NCBI GenBank assembly: GCA_964016885.1
Contig: OZ024741.1
Span: forward strand, 401,760,001-401,824,000
DNA: 64,000 bases
Origin: Eledone cirrhosa
Lineage: Eukaryota
Direction of reading: 5' to 3'
In this document: positions 61,601 to 64,000 of the stretch, piece by piece
How the letters are laid out: each line of letters starts with the position of its first letter
Numbering within the stretch: position 1 is the first letter of the stretch
Notes under the pieces: model-generated
The model's input: the letters and a program-made list of their open reading frames with translations, nothing else
The model's database searches: none
What the model was told of the DNA's origin: nothing
Made by a program: the position numbers and the translations under genes

Positions 61601-64000
61601 CTACCATCTAAATAGGGCTGTGTATTGGCAAAACTGGTAGAATGTCAGACTACCATCTAAATAGGGCTGTGTATTGACAAAACTGGTAGAATGTCAGACT
61701 ACCATCTAAATAGGGCTGTGTATTGACAGAACTGGTAGAATGTCAGGCTACAATCTAAATAGGGCTGTGTATTGGAAAAACTGGTAGAATGTCAGGCTAC
61801 CATCTAAATAGGGCTGTGTATTGACAAAACTGGTAGAATGTCAGGCTACCATCTAAATAGGGCTGTGTTTTGACAGAACTGGTAGAATGTCAGACTACCA
61901 TCTAAATAGGGCTGTGTATTGACAGAACTGGTAGAATGTCAGACTACCATCTAAATAGTTAGGGCTGTGTATTGGCAAAACTGGTAGTATGTCAGACTAC
62001 CATCTAAATAGGGCTGTGTATTGACAGAACTGGTAGAATGTCTGGCTACCATCTAAATAGGGCTGTGTATTGACAAAACTGGTAGAATGTCAGGCTACCA
62101 TCTAAATAGGGCTGTGTATTGAGAGAACTGGTAGAATGTCAGACTACCATCTAAATAGGGCTGTGTATTGACAGAACTGGTAGAATGTCAGACTACCATC
62201 TAAATAGTTAGGGCTGTGTCTTGACAGAACTGGTAGAATGTCAGACTACCATCTAAATAGGGCTGTGTATTGACAGAACTGGTAAAATGTCAGACTAACA
62301 TCTAAATAGGGCTGTTTATTGACAGAACTGGTAGAATGTCAGACTACCATCTAAATAGTTAGGGCTGTGTATTGACAGAACTGGTAGAATGTCAGACTAC
62401 CATCTAAATAGTTAGGGCTGTGTATTGACAGAACTGGTAGAATGTCAGACTACCATCTAAATAGGGCTGTGTATTGACAGAACTGGTAGAATGTCAGACT
62501 AACATCTAAATAGGGCTGTGTATTGACAGAACTGGTAGAATGTCAGACTACCATCTAAATAGTGCTGTGTATTGACAGAACTGGTAGAATGTCAGACTAC
62601 CATCTAAATAGGGCTGTGTATTGACAGAACTGGTAGAATGTCAGACTACCATCTAAATAGGGCTGTGTATTGACAGAACTGGCAGAATGTCAGACTACCA
62701 TCTAAATAGGGCTGTGTATTGACAGAACTGGTAGAATGTCAGACTACCATCTAAATAGTTAGGGCTGTGTATTGACAGAACTGGTAGAATGTCAGACTAC
62801 CATCTAAATAGTGCTGTGTATTGACAGAACTGGTAGAATGTCAGACTACCATCTAAATAGTTAGGGCTGTGTATTGACAGAACTGGTAGAATGTCAAACT
62901 ACCATCTAAATAGTGCTGTGTATTGACACAACTGGTAGAATGTCAGACTACCATCTAAATAATTAGGGCTGTGTATTGACAGAACTGGTAGAATGTCAGA
63001 CTACCATCTAAATAGGGTTGTGTATTGAAAGAACTGGTAGAATGTCAGACTACCATCTAAATAGGGCTGTGTATTGACAGAATTGGTAGAATGTCAGACT
63101 ACCATCTAAATAGGGCTGTGTATTGACAACTGGTAGAATGTCAGACTACCATCTAAATAGGACTGTGTATTGACAGAACTGGTAGAATGTCAGACTACCA
63201 TCTAAATAGTTAGGGCTGTGTATTGACAGAACTGGTAGAATGTCAGACTAACATCTAAATAGTTAGGGCTGTGGATTGACAGAACTGGTAGAATGTCAGA
63301 CTACCATCTAAATAGGGCTGTGTATTGACAGAACTGGTAGAATGTCAGACTACCATCTAAATAGTTAGGGCTGTGTATTGACAGAACTGGTAGAATGTCA
63401 GACTACCATCTAAATAGGGCTGTGTATTGACAGAACTGGTAGAATATCAGACTACCATCTAAATAGGGCTGTGTATTGACAGAACTGGTAGAATGTCAGA
63501 CTGCCATCTAAATAGTTAGGGCTGTGTATTGACAGAACTGGTAGAATGTCAGACTAACATCTAAATAGGGCTGTGTATTGGCAAAACTGGTAGAATGTCA
63601 GACTACCATCTAAATAGGGCTGTGTATTGACAAAACTGGTAGAATGTCAGACTACCATCTAAATAGTTAGGGCTGTGTATTGACAGAACTGGTAGAATGT
63701 CAGACTACCATCTAAATAGTTAGGGCTGTGTATTGACAGAACTGGTAGAATGTCAGACTACCATCTAAATAGCGCTGTGTATTGACAGAACTGGTAGAAT
63801 ATCAGACTACCATCTAAATAGGGCTGTGTATTGACAGAACTGGTAGAATGTCAGACTACCATCTAAATAGGGCTGTGTATTGACAGAACTGGTAGAATGT
63901 CAGACTACCATCTAAATAGGACTGTGTATTGGCAAAACTGGTAGAATGTCAGGCTACCATCTAAATAGGGCTGTGTATTGACAAACCTGGTAGAATGTCA
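19631..64000. repeat. Satellite array of 49-bp (53-bp with ttag) monomers, about 890 copies, continuing past the window end
   Basis: Consensus taccatctaaatag[ttag]ggctgtgtattgacagaactggtagaatgtcagac in one orientation; I saw no insertions; the ORF track is empty here. Copy number is 44,370 bp divided by about 50. Confidence 0.99.

Noticed and set aside
19631-64000. CRISPR array or coding repeat
   Set aside because: Contiguous monomers with no unique spacers, no cas genes, eukaryotic context and no ORFs.
19631-64000. Hammerhead-encoding satellite or tRNA gene array
   Set aside because: No CUGANGA plus GAAA core on either strand; no B box or cloverleaf.

Overview
Eukaryotic, AT-rich, transposon-dense genomic DNA. 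The SINE/RTE/CR1 repertoire suggests an octopus or other coleoid cephalopod (inference). Positions 1-19.6 kb hold seven phase-compatible + strand exons (3044-18044, 783 nt, 261 codons) of a large extracellular-type protein: Thr-rich linker, divergent F5/8-type-C (discoidin) domain, linker, VWC/TILa-like Cys motif. Neither start nor stop codon is in the window. The introns contain CR1, RTE and CRE retroelement fragments, tRNA-derived SINEs, mariner and pogo-like MITEs, a head-to-tail Helitron dimer, several fold-back elements and five 52-72 bp minisatellites. Three of the minisatellites trace to local sequence: a TE tail, the end of a CR1 ORF and an exon/intron junction. From 19631 to the window end is a >44 kb satellite of a 49/53-bp monomer (about 890 copies). 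It probably lies in an intron of the gene. The monomer aligns with the 5' tRNA/A-box head of the local SINE family, and rare variants show nested higher-order duplications up to about 17.6-19.7 kb. No prokaryotic features, CRISPR arrays, rRNA or true tRNA genes were found.
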